Shown: in pieces, positions 25,055 to 37,049 of the stretch
Numbering within the stretch: the stretch's first letter is position 1
How the letters are laid out: every line of letters begins with the position of its first letter
From: Camelus dromedarius
Taxonomy: Eukaryota
DNA: 64,000 nucleotides
Assembly: GCF_036321535.1 (NCBI RefSeq)
Contig: NC_087447.1
Coordinates: 32,738,001 to 32,802,000, forward strand
Reading direction: 5' to 3'
Translations under genes and position numbers: made by a program
Notes under the pieces: model-generated
Databases searched by the model: none
Told to the model about the DNA's origin: nothing
The model's input: the letters and a program-made list of their open reading frames with translations, nothing else

Positions 25055-26350
25055 TTAGAGTGTCTGTGATAGATCAGCTACCTTTGTAAACACTGAGTAT
25101 AAAGCAGTGGGCAAGCAGCCCCAAAACCCTGCCTTCATGGAGTTTACATTCTGGCAAGGAGGCAGGAAAAAATCATATGTGCCGAAGGTGATAAATGCTT
25201 GGGAGGAGAGAAAGCAGGGAAGGAGAATAAAGATACTGGAGTTAAAGGGCTGTAATTTTAAAATCAAGGGAAGTTCTCCTTGACGTGTTGCCATAAACAA
25301 ACAAAGAAGGCAAAGGGGGGCATGACATGTAAATACCTGGGGAGAAGCACTGCAGGCAGAGGGGTTGGCCTATGGAAGGACCTTGAGCAAAAACACGCCT
25401 GAAGTGTCAGGAATGGCCCTGTGTGGTTTGGCACAGAATGAACAGGGGTGAAGGGGAGGGATAATAGGAGAAGGCAGCAAGAAGCAAGCAGGAGCCAGAT
25501 CACGTCCAGCTAAAGACCATTGCTGGGAGCTGGGCTCTTACTCTAAGTAACAGAGGGAACTATTTAAGAGTTTTCAGCAGAAAAGTGGCTGACATAGATT
25601 TTAACAAGCTCACTCTGGTCATTGGGTGACCAACAGACTGTGAATACACCCGACTGAAAGCAGGAAGACCAGTTAGGAGGCTGGTGCAATCATTCTGGTG
25701 GCTTAAAAAGTCTCCATGCTGAGACTGGGAGGTGGTATCCGATTCTGGACACCTTTTACGGGTCAAGCCAGGAGGACCTCTGGATGGAATGAATGTGGAG
25801 AATGAGAGAGCAGACAGAGGAGAGGAGACAAAGGTTTTGGTCTCAGCAGCTTGAACAGGAGGTGCTATCCGATTCTGGACACCTTTTACGGGTCAAGCCA
25901 GGAGGACCTCTGGATGGAATGAATGTGGAGAATGAGAGAGCAGACAGAGGAGAGGAGACAAAGGTTTTGGTCTCAGCAGCTTGAACAGGAGGTGCTATCC
26001 GATTCTGGACACCTTTTACGGGTCAAGCCAGGAGGACCTCTGGATGGAATGAATGTGGAGAATGAGAGAGCAGACAGAGGAGAGGAGACAAAGGTTTTGG
26101 TCTCAGCAGCTTGAACAGGAGGTGCTATCCGATTCTGGACACCTTTTACGGGTCAAGCCAGGAGGACCTCTGGATGGAATGAATGTAGAGAATGAGACAG
26201 CAGACAGAGGAGAGGAGACAAAGGTTTTGGTCTCAGCAGCTTGAACAGAGGGTCCTCACTAACGTAAATGGAGAAAACTGCAGGAAAAACAGGCATAGGA
26301 AAAGGGAGCAATCAGAGAGTTCACTTCTGGACATGTTAACTAATTTAAGT
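25055..26350 (-). mobile_element. L2 LINE 3' region; its extreme 3' end probably lies at about 23820-23845, across the L1
   Basis: ccctgccttcatggagtttacattct, ttttaacaagctcactctgg, gcaggaagaccagttaggaggctggtgcaat, aaggttttggtctcagcagcttg. Confidence 0.85.
25728..26248. repeat. Tandem repeat, 130-bp unit x 4.0
   Basis: Units start at 25728, 25858, 25988 and 26118; units 2 and 3 are identical; the only differences seen are at 25735, 26187 and 26198. Confidence 0.97.
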
Positions 26351-26879
26351 TTTAAAAATTACGGTGGTATGTACAGGATGCATGAAGGTGCAAAGGAGAA
26401 ATGCTTATTTCTGGGTTAGAAAAAGCCACCTTAAAGCTGGGCAGTTGTCTTAATGAAAGGCTTCCCAAACAAAACTCACTCTCGGTTTTGGATTCCATCG
26501 AATGTCCTCTTCTTTTACGTACCTCACTTCTTAGCCAGTCTGACTTCCGCATCTCATTCCTGGCCTTTTACACAAAGCACTCCTACGTCTTCTCTTTCTC
26601 TGGCTTCCTACAGAACCACCCTTCCCTTTGCACTCTGAGAACACACGATCTAGACCTCGCCTTGAACTTGTTTCACCTGTGTTTGTTTTCTTAGGCTCTT
26701 CACTGGTAGTTTCTTGTGCCCCTTGTACCTTCTCACCCAAGACTCCTTGGGAGCAAGAGCATGTGTCTAACACTTTCTACCTTCTTGAGGTCCCTGTGTA
26801 GTCTTCTCGTTACTGGCTTTGCTTTACACCAGGCTTCTTGCACGTGTCACAAATGGGGAGAGAGTCCAATAAGACAGCA

Positions 26880-27290
26880 CTTTCCCAGAGTCTCTCACCC
26901 GACCTCATGCGTCTCCCACCCAGGCCTCGGCTGTTCCGTGGCTGCCTCTGTGCCTCAGCAGCGGGGGCTGCATGCCAGCCATGCAGTTCACTCCCCCGGG
27001 CCTAGAGCTTTAGCTCAGAGTCTCCAGTGGCCCCATCCTGCTGCTGCACAGTGTGTGTGTGGGGGGGGGCTCTGGCTTCCCCTCACCATCTCCTCGGGTG
27101 ATGCAACCCTGAAATGCCGGGGAAATAACTCCCCAAAAGGAGGATGCTAACCAGAGGGAGACAGGAGATGGCAGGAGTCCAGGCAGAGAAATTCTCTATC
27201 CCTTCCGCCCTCTAATGCACTATTGAGGTTTCTCAGCTCACCCTCCAGAAATCATTACAAGTCATCTGGTGGAGGTACTGGCCAAGAGAC
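26880..27290 (-). mobile_element. Probable old ERVL LTR (LTR16-like)
   Basis: ggggaaataactcccc...agggagacaggagatggcaggagtccaggcagagaaattctc resembles recalled LTR16; ends not defined. Confidence 0.45.
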
Positions 27291-28639
27291 CAGCTGATTT
27301 TCTTAGAATACTCACTACAGGTTCTGAGGAAGTTTGCCATTGCAAAACCTATTTAACTTCGTATAACCTAGAATTTTCCCAAGTTACAAGACCACCGGAC
27401 TGTGGAAGGCATTCTTTGTCACACAGCATCTAACACCATTGTGGAGCACACCTTTTGGAAAAGCGCACTTTAAGTTTCTCTGAAGAGTCACAGTCTGGAC
27501 AAGTGAGAGGAGCAGCTGGGAGCCTCCACCACACTCCCTGTTCTTTAACTCTCACTCCCCTTCTGCTCATCTGCCCAACAGCCAGGACAGTGAGGCGGGG
27601 GCCACAGAAGGACGGGCCAGGCCTAGCCACTGGTGGTCACTCATGAGCCTTGCAGAGTCTCTGCTGAAGCAAAGTGCTGAGAGGCGGCATTGCCTGGGAG
27701 AACAAGGATGGATATTTAGACCTGATTTGCATGCTTCCGACAGGCGGTTGCTATGTTTATGGGCATCATTTGAGGAGTAGTTGTAAAATTTCTGGGAAAG
27801 AACAAGATTCTGTGTGTTTATTGGAAGAGTTCTGTACTTTTATTCCAACCCCTGTGAGCAGATGGAAGAGGAAGGATGTGGTGTTCACAGGAGTGCCAAA
27901 AGAAGAGTTTTCTGGCACTTTTGACCTTGTTCTGTGCCACGTCCAGTGTGGCTACTTTCTCACTTTGCTGCCGACCCTGGTTGACACTAGAGCTCCCACC
28001 TATAATAAAGACGCATGAACACAGGGGAGTCAGCCACAAAGAATACAGGAAACCTGTTTGTACTGGACCTTGGATTAGCCCACTGACCATTAGTGGGTCA
28101 TGACTTGTAGAAGAACCATTCATCTTTGCAAAAGCATGTCTGAATAATTTTATTGCAACCATTTTTTTCTCACGTTTATGGGATTCCATTTCCAAACGTT
28201 TGGTTGCTGATTAGAGGTAGATATTTAATTTTACGTATCTCAGGATTTGAATGAAATATCAAATTTTCTTCCTCAGTTCCCCATCAAGCATGTATGTTAA
28301 ATCAGGAATGGCTTTTAAGAACATTGTAATTCTTCTGACCACAGCATGATAAAATGTGCATGGTTTGTAGCACAGTACAGAGAATATTATAACAGGTTCA
28401 AGCGTAGAATGTTTTCAAGTAATTACATAAATAAAGCATTAATTGAGGAAAACAAACATCCTTAAGGTACTGCTCACCAGAAGCACAGATCTGAGGATGT
28501 CATCCTGGATGCCTAACCTGTCTCTTACCATTGTTGGAACAGTCACAGCAGCCGGGCTGATAACTTCCGCTGAGCTCTCTTTCTGTGCGGGGCAGCAGCT
28601 TAAAAGCTACACTAGCATGTTCCTACTCATTTTTGTAAA

Positions 28640-29110
28640 GCAGTAATGATCCACGTTGATTTGGTGCTTGCTTACCACCGCGGCTCTGTGCACTATACAT
28701 AGGAAACTCATTTAATTTGCACAGCAGTCTTGTGAGATGCCATAGTAATCCCTATTTTGCAAATTAGGAAACTAAGCTATTGAGAGGTTAATGCTATGCT
28801 AGGAAGTTGCAAAACTAGGATTCAAACCCACATGATGTGACCTACAGTCTGTGTTGTTACCTGCTATGCCAAAGAGGCGCTTTGGTATCTGTGAGTGGCT
28901 TTATACAACATACAAAGCATTTAATGTTCAGCAATCCTGACAATCCATGAAGTTGGGTAAAGGTGCTTTTCTCTTTGTTTTACACAGGAGGGAGGAACCA
29001 AGTCTCAGTGTTATTAAATGACTAGCCCCAAACTGCCTAAGCAGCAAATGATTAAAGCCAGACTCGAGTTCTGATCTTGTGTGAAATTCAGTTCACTTCT
29101 TGGCATGCCA
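28640..29110 (-). mobile_element. Two MIR SINEs
   Basis: ccctattttgcaaattaggaaactaagct...ctaggattcaaaccca; ttttacacaggagggaggaaccaagtctcag...ttaaatgactagccc. Confidence 0.7.
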
Positions 29111-31599
29111 TTCTCCCTAATTTTTCTTCATTCTTTTTTCCCAGTCTTCTGTGTTCTTAAATTCTTGTCAAATAGAGGTTCAGTGTTACCATGGACTTGA
29201 TACCTCTAGACCTTTTCCAGGATCACGGAAATTCTTTAATGCATGGCCAGGAAAGATGATTGGAAACCTGCCCCAACCTGGGGAAAAATTATGAGGGTAG
29301 AGACCACATCTAATACATCCTAGGATGAAATAGGAAAAATTAGTGCCAGTAGCAAAACTAGGACTCCATACTACCAAATGCTGGGATGTGACAGGGCAAA
29401 TACACCGCAGAAATTTTGAGAAGAGAGGTCTTTGTGAGCAGAGGTAACCAAGGATGTGTTCATATGGGAGACAGAGAATGGTACTTAAAGCTTCCACTAG
29501 ATGATGAGAAGAGATAGAAAGGAGAAGCCTTCCACCTGGGACTTGCCAGGTTTCCAGCCTGAGCTGGCATGTCCATGCTGTGTCCCGAAATTCTGTTGGG
29601 CCATTTACTGTGGTTCAGGTTACCCTCAGACTCCCTGGTACTTAAGACTTGGGGCAGGTCTAAATGTAGCTCTAAATATGACAACTGCCGATGAAACAAA
29701 CCAACTTCTTTTGACAGGTAAAGGCTGCCGATCTGGGTCACGGACCATCGCCCTCACGGAAGTACATTAGCTCCTCGATGTTTCACTTAAATAGGCCCTT
29801 TCCCTTTGTGTGTTAAGCATTATTTCATATTCTATTAGCGGTGTCTGTTTGCATTTGGTGCAGTTGTTTCATTATTAATGTAAAGGAGCAATTCAGAATT
29901 TCATGATTCATTTTAATGTAGATCTTCCTTGTGTAAATAATTGATGAGAGCCATGATCAGAGCAGTACCAAAGCAGAAGCTGATATTCTTTCTGTCAAGT
30001 CTTATCTTCTCAGTTGCTCTCATTTTCAAATCCCCCCTGAGAACCTTCATTTGGTTGCAGATGTTTTGTATTCCCTGACTCGTTGTCACTTAGTTCTTTG
30101 GTTACACAGCTACAAATCCTGTGATAGCTTCATAAAGAAAATAAAACACTGTTTTCCCATTTTTCTCCAACTATTTATAGGAAGAAAACCTGAGGCAGCG
30201 GAAATAAAGTTAATTCTATCCTCCTGGGGTGCTGAGACCAGTGGCAAATGAGTTAGGAGAAATCCAAGACAGGAAAGCAACTCACATCTATACAGCACAT
30301 TACGCAGTGCTTTTAAAATTAAAAACCGAGGTGCCAGGGCTCATCTCTCAGTAGATTGTAAGATGTCTCTTCCACTCTTCCTCTGTTGCTGGGCCACCCT
30401 CCCTTCTCTGTTAAATTTGTAATTGCTGGCGTGTGTTATTTGCTGGAATGTCTGGTATGGGCTCCAGGCGTTGCTGTGAGAAGAGAAAGAGATTGCTAGC
30501 CTCTCAATGCTACTGGGCACAAGGTTCTTCAAATGCATGTTTTACTTTCTCTGATAGAAGATTGAAGGGGGTTAGAAGTAAGGAACTGTGTTCCTTAGGA
30601 GCCAACGATAGGCATGAACTGAGATGTACATGAAAGACAACTTCAGTACCCTCATCTGAGCTTCCCAGTACTCCTGTCTGCCTCACTTGACTTTGGATCT
30701 GGTCTTGACCTCCTTGGGGCTTCCTGGTTCTCATTCTTGGATATGAGCTCTACTGAGCTATCCATCTCTCCTTGTCCAACTTACAGCAGAGCGGGAATAG
30801 AAAAAGAAAAGAAAATAGATTTATGGGAATGATGCATTGAAATTGGTGTTGAATGGGGGAAATGAGCTCTGGAGCTGGGGCGGGGCTTCATGTGTCTAGC
30901 TTTGGATCTGTTTGCAATATTACTTCTCCCTCCCACTTCCACCCCTGTCTCTTTATCCATCTGGACCTACTTAGATTATTTGTCAGGAGCCCAGCGCCAT
31001 GCAGACATCCTGCCTGACCTCAGGCAATGAGGCTCTGTCTGGCGGGCCTCATGGGGGAAGCTGCCCTCCCCTACACCAGGCCCAGTGCAGAGCCAGGACA
31101 CTGAAGTTTGCTGGGAAGAGCTGCGGTCAAGGACTCAGCCCCCAGGCCCCCAGGCCCCCAGGCCCCCAGGCCAGCTGTGCTCGCAGGAGTAGACTGTCTG
31201 CATTCCTAACCCAGATGCCTCCATTAAGGGGGCTCTTCGCTGGGGGCCTTGGTTGAGGCACCTCCACTAGCACCTCCATGTCAAGGGGCCTTGACTGAGG
31301 CACTTTTCTCCCCACTGACTCAGTGCTTTTCCTCTTGTAGCCCTTTCCTGTCTTCCTGCACCCCTGGGCTCTTAAAAATTCAGAGGTGCTCCTTGGCAGC
31401 GAGGTAATCTCCCACCTGCACTGCCTGTCAGCTGCCCCGCACTCAGCGCCTTTCTGTGGGGGGAAAAAATGGAATTCTCAGGAGCCAGTGCCTTTTTCTT
31501 TGTCTCTGGCCTGGGTTGTCACACCCAGGCAATAAAGGCTGGATTATTACTTTCATTTGGCTCATTGCCCTAAGTGACCACCTCCACACCTTGACAAAT

Positions 31600-31617
31600 T
31601 GGCACAGTAAGCAGGGT
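31600..31617 (+). other. Retroviral primer-binding site, tRNA-Ser-like
   Basis: tggcacagtaagcagggt begins 3 nt after the LTR end; 14/18 match to TGGCGCTGTGAGCAGGAT, the recalled complement of the tRNA-Ser(CGA) 3' end. Confidence 0.6.
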
Positions 31618-31673
31618 GGTTAACAGAGCACCATGCTGTTTGGGAAGAGCAAAACCCAGATGGTTCCTCAGAG

Positions 31674-32316
31674 TGATGCAGGAAAAACGGATGTGGGGCG
31701 TGAGGAGGGCCGTGTCCCCAGCTTTGGTTGAGCCCCTGGGATGTGCCTTGCCAAGTGTGGGTCCTCGGCTTCATGCAGGAAAGAATTCAAGAGGGAGCCA
31801 CAGTTGAGTAAAGGCAGATTTATTCAGAGAGATACGTACTGCATAGAGCATAGGCTGTTTCAAACGATAGGAAGAAAGGCCACGAGATGTGGGGATTGGG
31901 TGCTCAGATTAGAGTAAAAGTAGGTACACACTCCGTAGACAGAGTGCGGGCCGTCTCCAAAGAGGGAGAGAAGGGGCAGCTGGGAGGTGCTGTGTTGCCA
32001 GTTTTCTTGAGGTCAGTGCCTGCATATGCTAATAAGTGGAAGGACCAGTCTAACTACCTTGGGGAAGGGGCGAGGATTCCCAGGAAGTTGGCCACTTCCC
32101 ACTCTTTGACCTTTTGTGGCTAGCCTTGGGACTGCCATGGTGCCTGGGGGCATGTTGTTCACCATGTTAACATATAACAATGGGCGTATAATGAAGCTCA
32201 AGGTCTGCTGGAGGTCAGATTTCCCAAGGCCTACAGGAGGTTGAATCTCTCGCCATCCTGGTGTTAACGACTGTGTTACTCCTTGAATGGCTGTGCCCTG
32301 CCTCCTTCCTCTCTCA
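31674..32316 (-). mobile_element. ERV1-type solo LTR nested in the leader of the class III provirus
   Basis: Termini tga...tca; perfect 4-bp TSD agag (31670-31673, 32317-32320); AATAAA on the minus strand (tttatt 31819-31824). Confidence 0.85.
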
Positions 32317-33469
32317 AGAGCACTTCCCTAGTGCTAGCAGATTGTTTATAGCCTCTCTACAGTTAATTACTGCTCCTTCTCTTTACCCTCCGACACCCTG
32401 GCTGAGCCCCCCAAGTGGGTCAAATAAGAAATCCAACACAGGGGCCCCAAGAAAACTGCCCCAAGCACTGCGCACGGTCCTCTGACAAGCGGGCCAGAGA
32501 CTTTGGGAGGCCCAGCTGAGCTGTGTCTAGTAACATTAATTTTAAGCAGCTCCCTGACGCTGACCATGCCTGGTAGCCCTGGTAGCAAAGGAAGTTGTTG
32601 AGACTCATGCCTCCTGTGAAAGAGAAGGTAGGGTTGCTTCACTCAGTGGCCCCAGGAGACCTTAGAAATTTGGTTCGTCTACATCACATCTTGCCTGTAT
32701 GACAAAAGAGATAATCTTGTTCATTTTAGTGAGGGAAAGTGGTGCCTTGTGGGCAGTGTCACTCCAGGTTCCCTCCTTCAGAGTGCCCTGGAGAGTGGCC
32801 GCCACCACCAAGATCCCAACTCCAGCAGCAGCGGTGACCAGAGCAGCACAGTCTCCACTCTGTCCAGCAGCTGGACGGGCCCCTGCTGGCCTCCCTCGGG
32901 CTCCATGATGCCATGCAGGGGAAGCTCACTGCAATCACCTCAAAGACTCATGGACACAGAGAAGGCAATGTAAGGGTGGCAACGGGGCTTTCCCCACCCG
33001 AAGCCATGCAGTGCCAGTTTGGGTAGAGAGTATATGCCATCCAGCCATAGGTTTTTCGATGCCAACATCCCCGTCCCCAGTGGAAGCTAGTACTGCACCG
33101 AAACTGGCCCACCCTGCACCACCTCCAGGAGTCCCAGCCAGGGAGCCACTGCCCGGCTGTCTGCCCCGAGCCTGGTGAGGCAGGCTTCCCACTGCCAGGT
33201 AATTCATGGCCAGAAGCCAGGCCAGCGGGACCCAGGGGCAGCTACTCTAGGGTATTCACAGGAAGGCCTCTGTGACTGACATAAATACTGTTCCCTCTGC
33301 CCCACCCGGTGAGCCTGGAGATGAGTCAGACAGCCCTGCCAACCTTTCCCTGGACCTCTCATCCTTCACAAGTAAACAAGACTCGGAGTTAGGCTGAAGA
33401 CCCCCTGTCTCCTGGTGGGGTCAGAGGCCCCGTGCCAGGGGCAGACTTCAATGCAGTGGTGGAGGAGAA

Positions 33470-33690
33470 CTGAGCTTCTTGGGCCTTGGGGATACTGGTG
33501 CACAGGTGACTGTAATCCCCGCGTCTCTGGGCACTGGGGTGACAGAGAGGACGATCACACTCTCCAGTTTTGGGACTGAGGCCATTACCACTGGGACCCT
33601 TGGCCAGGGCCAGCTATGGGTAGTGGGTTCCTTCAGGGCCCTACATTCTCCATTGTTACAGCTCCCACTACTGAATACTTCTTTGTTGTA
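33470..33690 (+). pseudogene. Retroviral aspartic protease remnant
   Basis: Reads SFLGLGDTGAQVTVIP with catalytic D-T-G-A at 33491-33502; in-frame stop just upstream; no RT motif recognised downstream. Confidence 0.75.
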
Positions 33691-35149
33691 GAATATTATC
33701 CATGTGTCATTTCGCTTGCCTTTGTCACTAAAGCCTGATGGAAAAATGCTGTAGCTGGGGGTCCTCTTGGTGGACTACATAGAGACCACGGTCCTGACTC
33801 TGCTCTGTGCCTAATGGGCTGGTCATTTGGTTGGGCATACAAACCAAGCCCCACTTGTGGGGATGAGGCATTTGGATAAAAATTGGCTCTGCGTCTTCCA
33901 GGCTTTTTGTTACCCATGTGGATGCTTATCCCAAAAATCCCTACGCTGACCCAGCCGATTGTTTAGGTCAGCTAAACCTGGGGACCAAATTATGTTCCAC
34001 TCCAGAGCCAGCAGATGTGCAGCCGGTTGCTTCCCGGATCCTCGAGAGATCGGCCCAGGGAAATGTAGACATCGTCCTGGGACGGTACTTACGTGCTGGA
34101 CGACCGCTGTCGTTAGAAGCTGCCCAAACAGCCTGGAAAGCTGTCCCATCTGCCAGGCCCTGGCCTAGGCTAAGAATTCTGGCTCAGGGACAGATCCTTT
34201 GAGCCAACTGATCAATACCTTCAATGGTCAACGCATTTGAGTCCGTGATGAGGTAGTCTCTGCATCTCACTTGGGCTGTCCCCAAAGTGTGTGGAGTTGA
34301 GCTCTTCAGCAGTAAGACAAACCGCTCCCACCCATCCCCCACCCGGCTGTGCAGCGTGTCGTCAAACCCCCCGTGTGCGGTGCTACGTTGTGGGGGGAAT
34401 GGAACACTGAGTAGTCCGTGCCTTTTTCCTTTGGCATCTTGCCTGCACTGTTGTTACAATAGTGGCTTGTTACTTTCAGTTTGGCTTACCGTCTTAATTT
34501 GCCGTCTTCACACCTGATTGCCCAAGAATTTGTTCTGGTTTACAGCCCCCATCAGTCAAGGTATGATCATAATTTATTTGATGAGATGATGATTTTTAAA
34601 TCAATATTTGCATTTATTGAGCAACTATTGTTTCAGATGCTGAAAAATACTGAGAATTTGTCAGTGACAAATTAGACATTATGAGACTAGTACAGACAAG
34701 GAAAAAGTCAATTGTAAACAGAAACAAATACAATACAAAGGAGCAAGGGAAATACAGGGGCTGTGAGATAGGATACATAAATGGACTTGGGAGAGAAAAA
34801 TGCTGCCGAGATAAGGGAATATCTGATTGCAGCGCCATAATGAGAAGGTGGGAAAATGTTCTGGGCAGATAGAAAATGAGTGTGAAGATGAGACAAAAAA
34901 GAGACTATGACATCTTATAAAATTAAAAAGTGTTTTATGTATTTGTTGATATACATGTTTTATAAAATGCCCTGCTCCCTTTCATATACAGGTATATAGC
35001 TGGAACACAGAGTTCAAGGGAGAAAGAGTGAGAGATGACTGTGTAAAGATAGGTGAGTTCATATCAGGAAACATACTGTGATCAAGATTTCGGCGTGACA
35101 TGTCAATCCACAGTGTTACAGAAAACGCCTCAAAATTGTGGATCTTAAA

Positions 35150-35390
35150 TATTTTAAAAGACGCTACCTCATTCGGTCCTTACGTCCTCCCTTTAAGGAT
35201 GAGAGTAGAGGGAATGGTATAACACATTTTATAGAAATGAAAATTAGATATTATATATCCAAAAAATGTGTGAAAATGTATGACCTGCGTGGCCCACTCA
35301 CAGCCACACAGCTAGTAAACGGTAAAACTGGGAATCCAGCCCTGGTCTCCAGATTTCAAAGCCAGTGTTTATCCACTGTCCCACATTATG
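35150..35390 (-). mobile_element. MIR SINE
   Basis: cagccacacagctagtaaacggtaaaactgggaatccagccctggtctccagatttcaaagcc. Confidence 0.7.
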
Positions 35391-35846
35391 TTGCTTTCCC
35401 TAAGTCTAATACAGGTTTGGGGAGATGGCTGGGACTTCTAGAGCATGAGAATGGGCAGTTTTTCTAGACTCCTTATATGTCACTAAAAAAGCAACTGTAT
35501 AACTTTGCTTCAAGTTTTCAAATTTCTGATGAGCATAGGGAAAACAGACTTAAATTCAAAGATTCTATTGTCCAATCTCATTCCCATTGCCATTTTTGGT
35601 TACATTCTCTGTGGATCTTCTTTTATTCTGATAGTTCCCACTGGACTATTAGAAATGATAACCAATTATTCCTGATTACCCAAGTACCACCTCCACCTCT
35701 TCTTCTCCAATAGCTGGATTGCCAGAGTACAAATGTCTAATCTCTCCGTGTTCACAGGAGTAGAGCCAAATTCAGTAATATATTATCAGAGGGTTATTTG
35801 AAAATTCCATAGGACCTGCTTAAAAGGGAGACAAAATAGTTGAGGG

Positions 35847-36466
35847 CAATGGCCTTCAAATTTTTTGGCCATGATCTCTACTAAGAAAAGTACCTTTTAC
35901 CTCATGATCCAGTGCACACACACATCATAATACTAGTAGCAGTAACTGTAGATTAGATTTTTAAATGGGAGAGAGTACTTACCATGTGCCAGGTGTCATG
36001 CTAAGTGCCTTATATACATTAACTTCTTGAATTTTCTCAATAACCGTATGAGGCAGTCACCATTCTTAACTCTAGTTTACAGGTAAGGAACCTGAGGCGT
36101 GACACAAAGTCTTGCAGTCGGCAAAGGGCAGATCCAGGATGGAAACTCAAGTTACCTGGCTCCAGAATCTGTGCTCTCAGCCATTGTATGTTGTTGCTAC
36201 ACGCACACACATGCACACACACGCACATACACGCACGCACACACACACACGCACGCACATGCACGCACACACATTTTATAGAACACTACTATGTATGATG
36301 CGCTTGTATATTTTCTATCGTGCATTTTCTAATGCAGTTTGAGACTCACTAAATTTCATAACCACTCAGTATGCTGCATGGAAGTGGATAGTGCCCCCTG
36401 GAATTGCACAGTGCAGTGCAGTGGCCCTGACACTAATGCGTTGGCATCCAGAATTTATAAAACTGG
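35847..36466. mobile_element. Ancient hAT-like element (MamRep38-like) with nested MIR (about 35935-36190, minus), CA-rich repeat (36199-36273) and MER91-like MITE (36367-36429)
   Basis: caatggccttcaaattttttggccatgatc...ttttacctcatgatccagtgcacaca resumes after the MIR as gagactcactaaatttcataaccact and after the MITE as cactaatgcgttggcatccagaatttataaaa. Confidence 0.55.
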
Positions 36467-37049
36467 GGCCAAGAGTTTGAACGTTGGCTTCAGAATCTGA
36501 CCAATCTCACCTACACTACCAATCTGACTATGTCTTAATTTATGACCTTAAGAAAGTCACTGTTAAGCTGCAACTTTTATGCGTATCTATCACATACTTA
36601 TTAAGAGAATTAAACAGAGTAATGAAGTTTAAACACCTAGCAGAAGACCCCAGCTGTATTCATTGTGTTTACTATTTTGGGGCATGGTCTTGATTAGATT
36701 AAATTCAACAGGAAATTCTGAGATTAGACCAGGCTGAAGATTGTAGGGGCTACCTCAGGACCCACACCAACAGGTTTGAAACAGAGATTGTGGCCACATG
36801 GTAAGGCTGTTTTACTAGGAATTCAAGCATTAGGTGAGGTTGGATTTGGACTAGACACTCTGAAAGAAGCCTTAAGTCAGTGATGCACCATGACTAGCCC
36901 CCATATCCACCAGCATCCCAGCCATTAGTGAGACTCCATGCAAACCCTGTAGTATCTTGAGCTGTTTGCCCCACTGAACGCTGGACATCTCCAGTGGCAG
37001 GTGAATGAACCTGACTCATGAAACAATGCTGAGATGTGAGCTATTCTCA

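Larger units (their letters stand above)
30981..34517 (+). mobile_element. Decayed, internally deleted class III (ERVL/ERV-S-like) provirus
   Basis: 5' LTR 30981-31596 (tgtca...tgaca; AATAAA 31531-31536); primer-binding site at 31600-31617; protease motif at 33491; 34290-34517 is homologous to the 3' part of the 5' LTR. Confidence 0.8.

Noticed and set aside
25728..26248. 130-bp array as a CRISPR-like or coding repeat (three near-identical 63-aa ORFs)
   Set aside because: Units are directly adjacent with no variable spacers, the context is mammalian, and the unit is L2-derived. The repeated ORFs merely reflect the tandem repeat; 130 is not a multiple of 3 and each ORF ends in the next unit.
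26401..27150. 97-aa and 144-aa ORFs as exons
   Set aside because: No domain resemblance or splice support; the second overlaps a probable old LTR.
32699..34202. Intact or domesticated gag/pol/env gene
   Set aside because: Only short broken frames of under 100 aa; the protease motif has an in-frame stop just upstream; no RT or integrase motif recognised.
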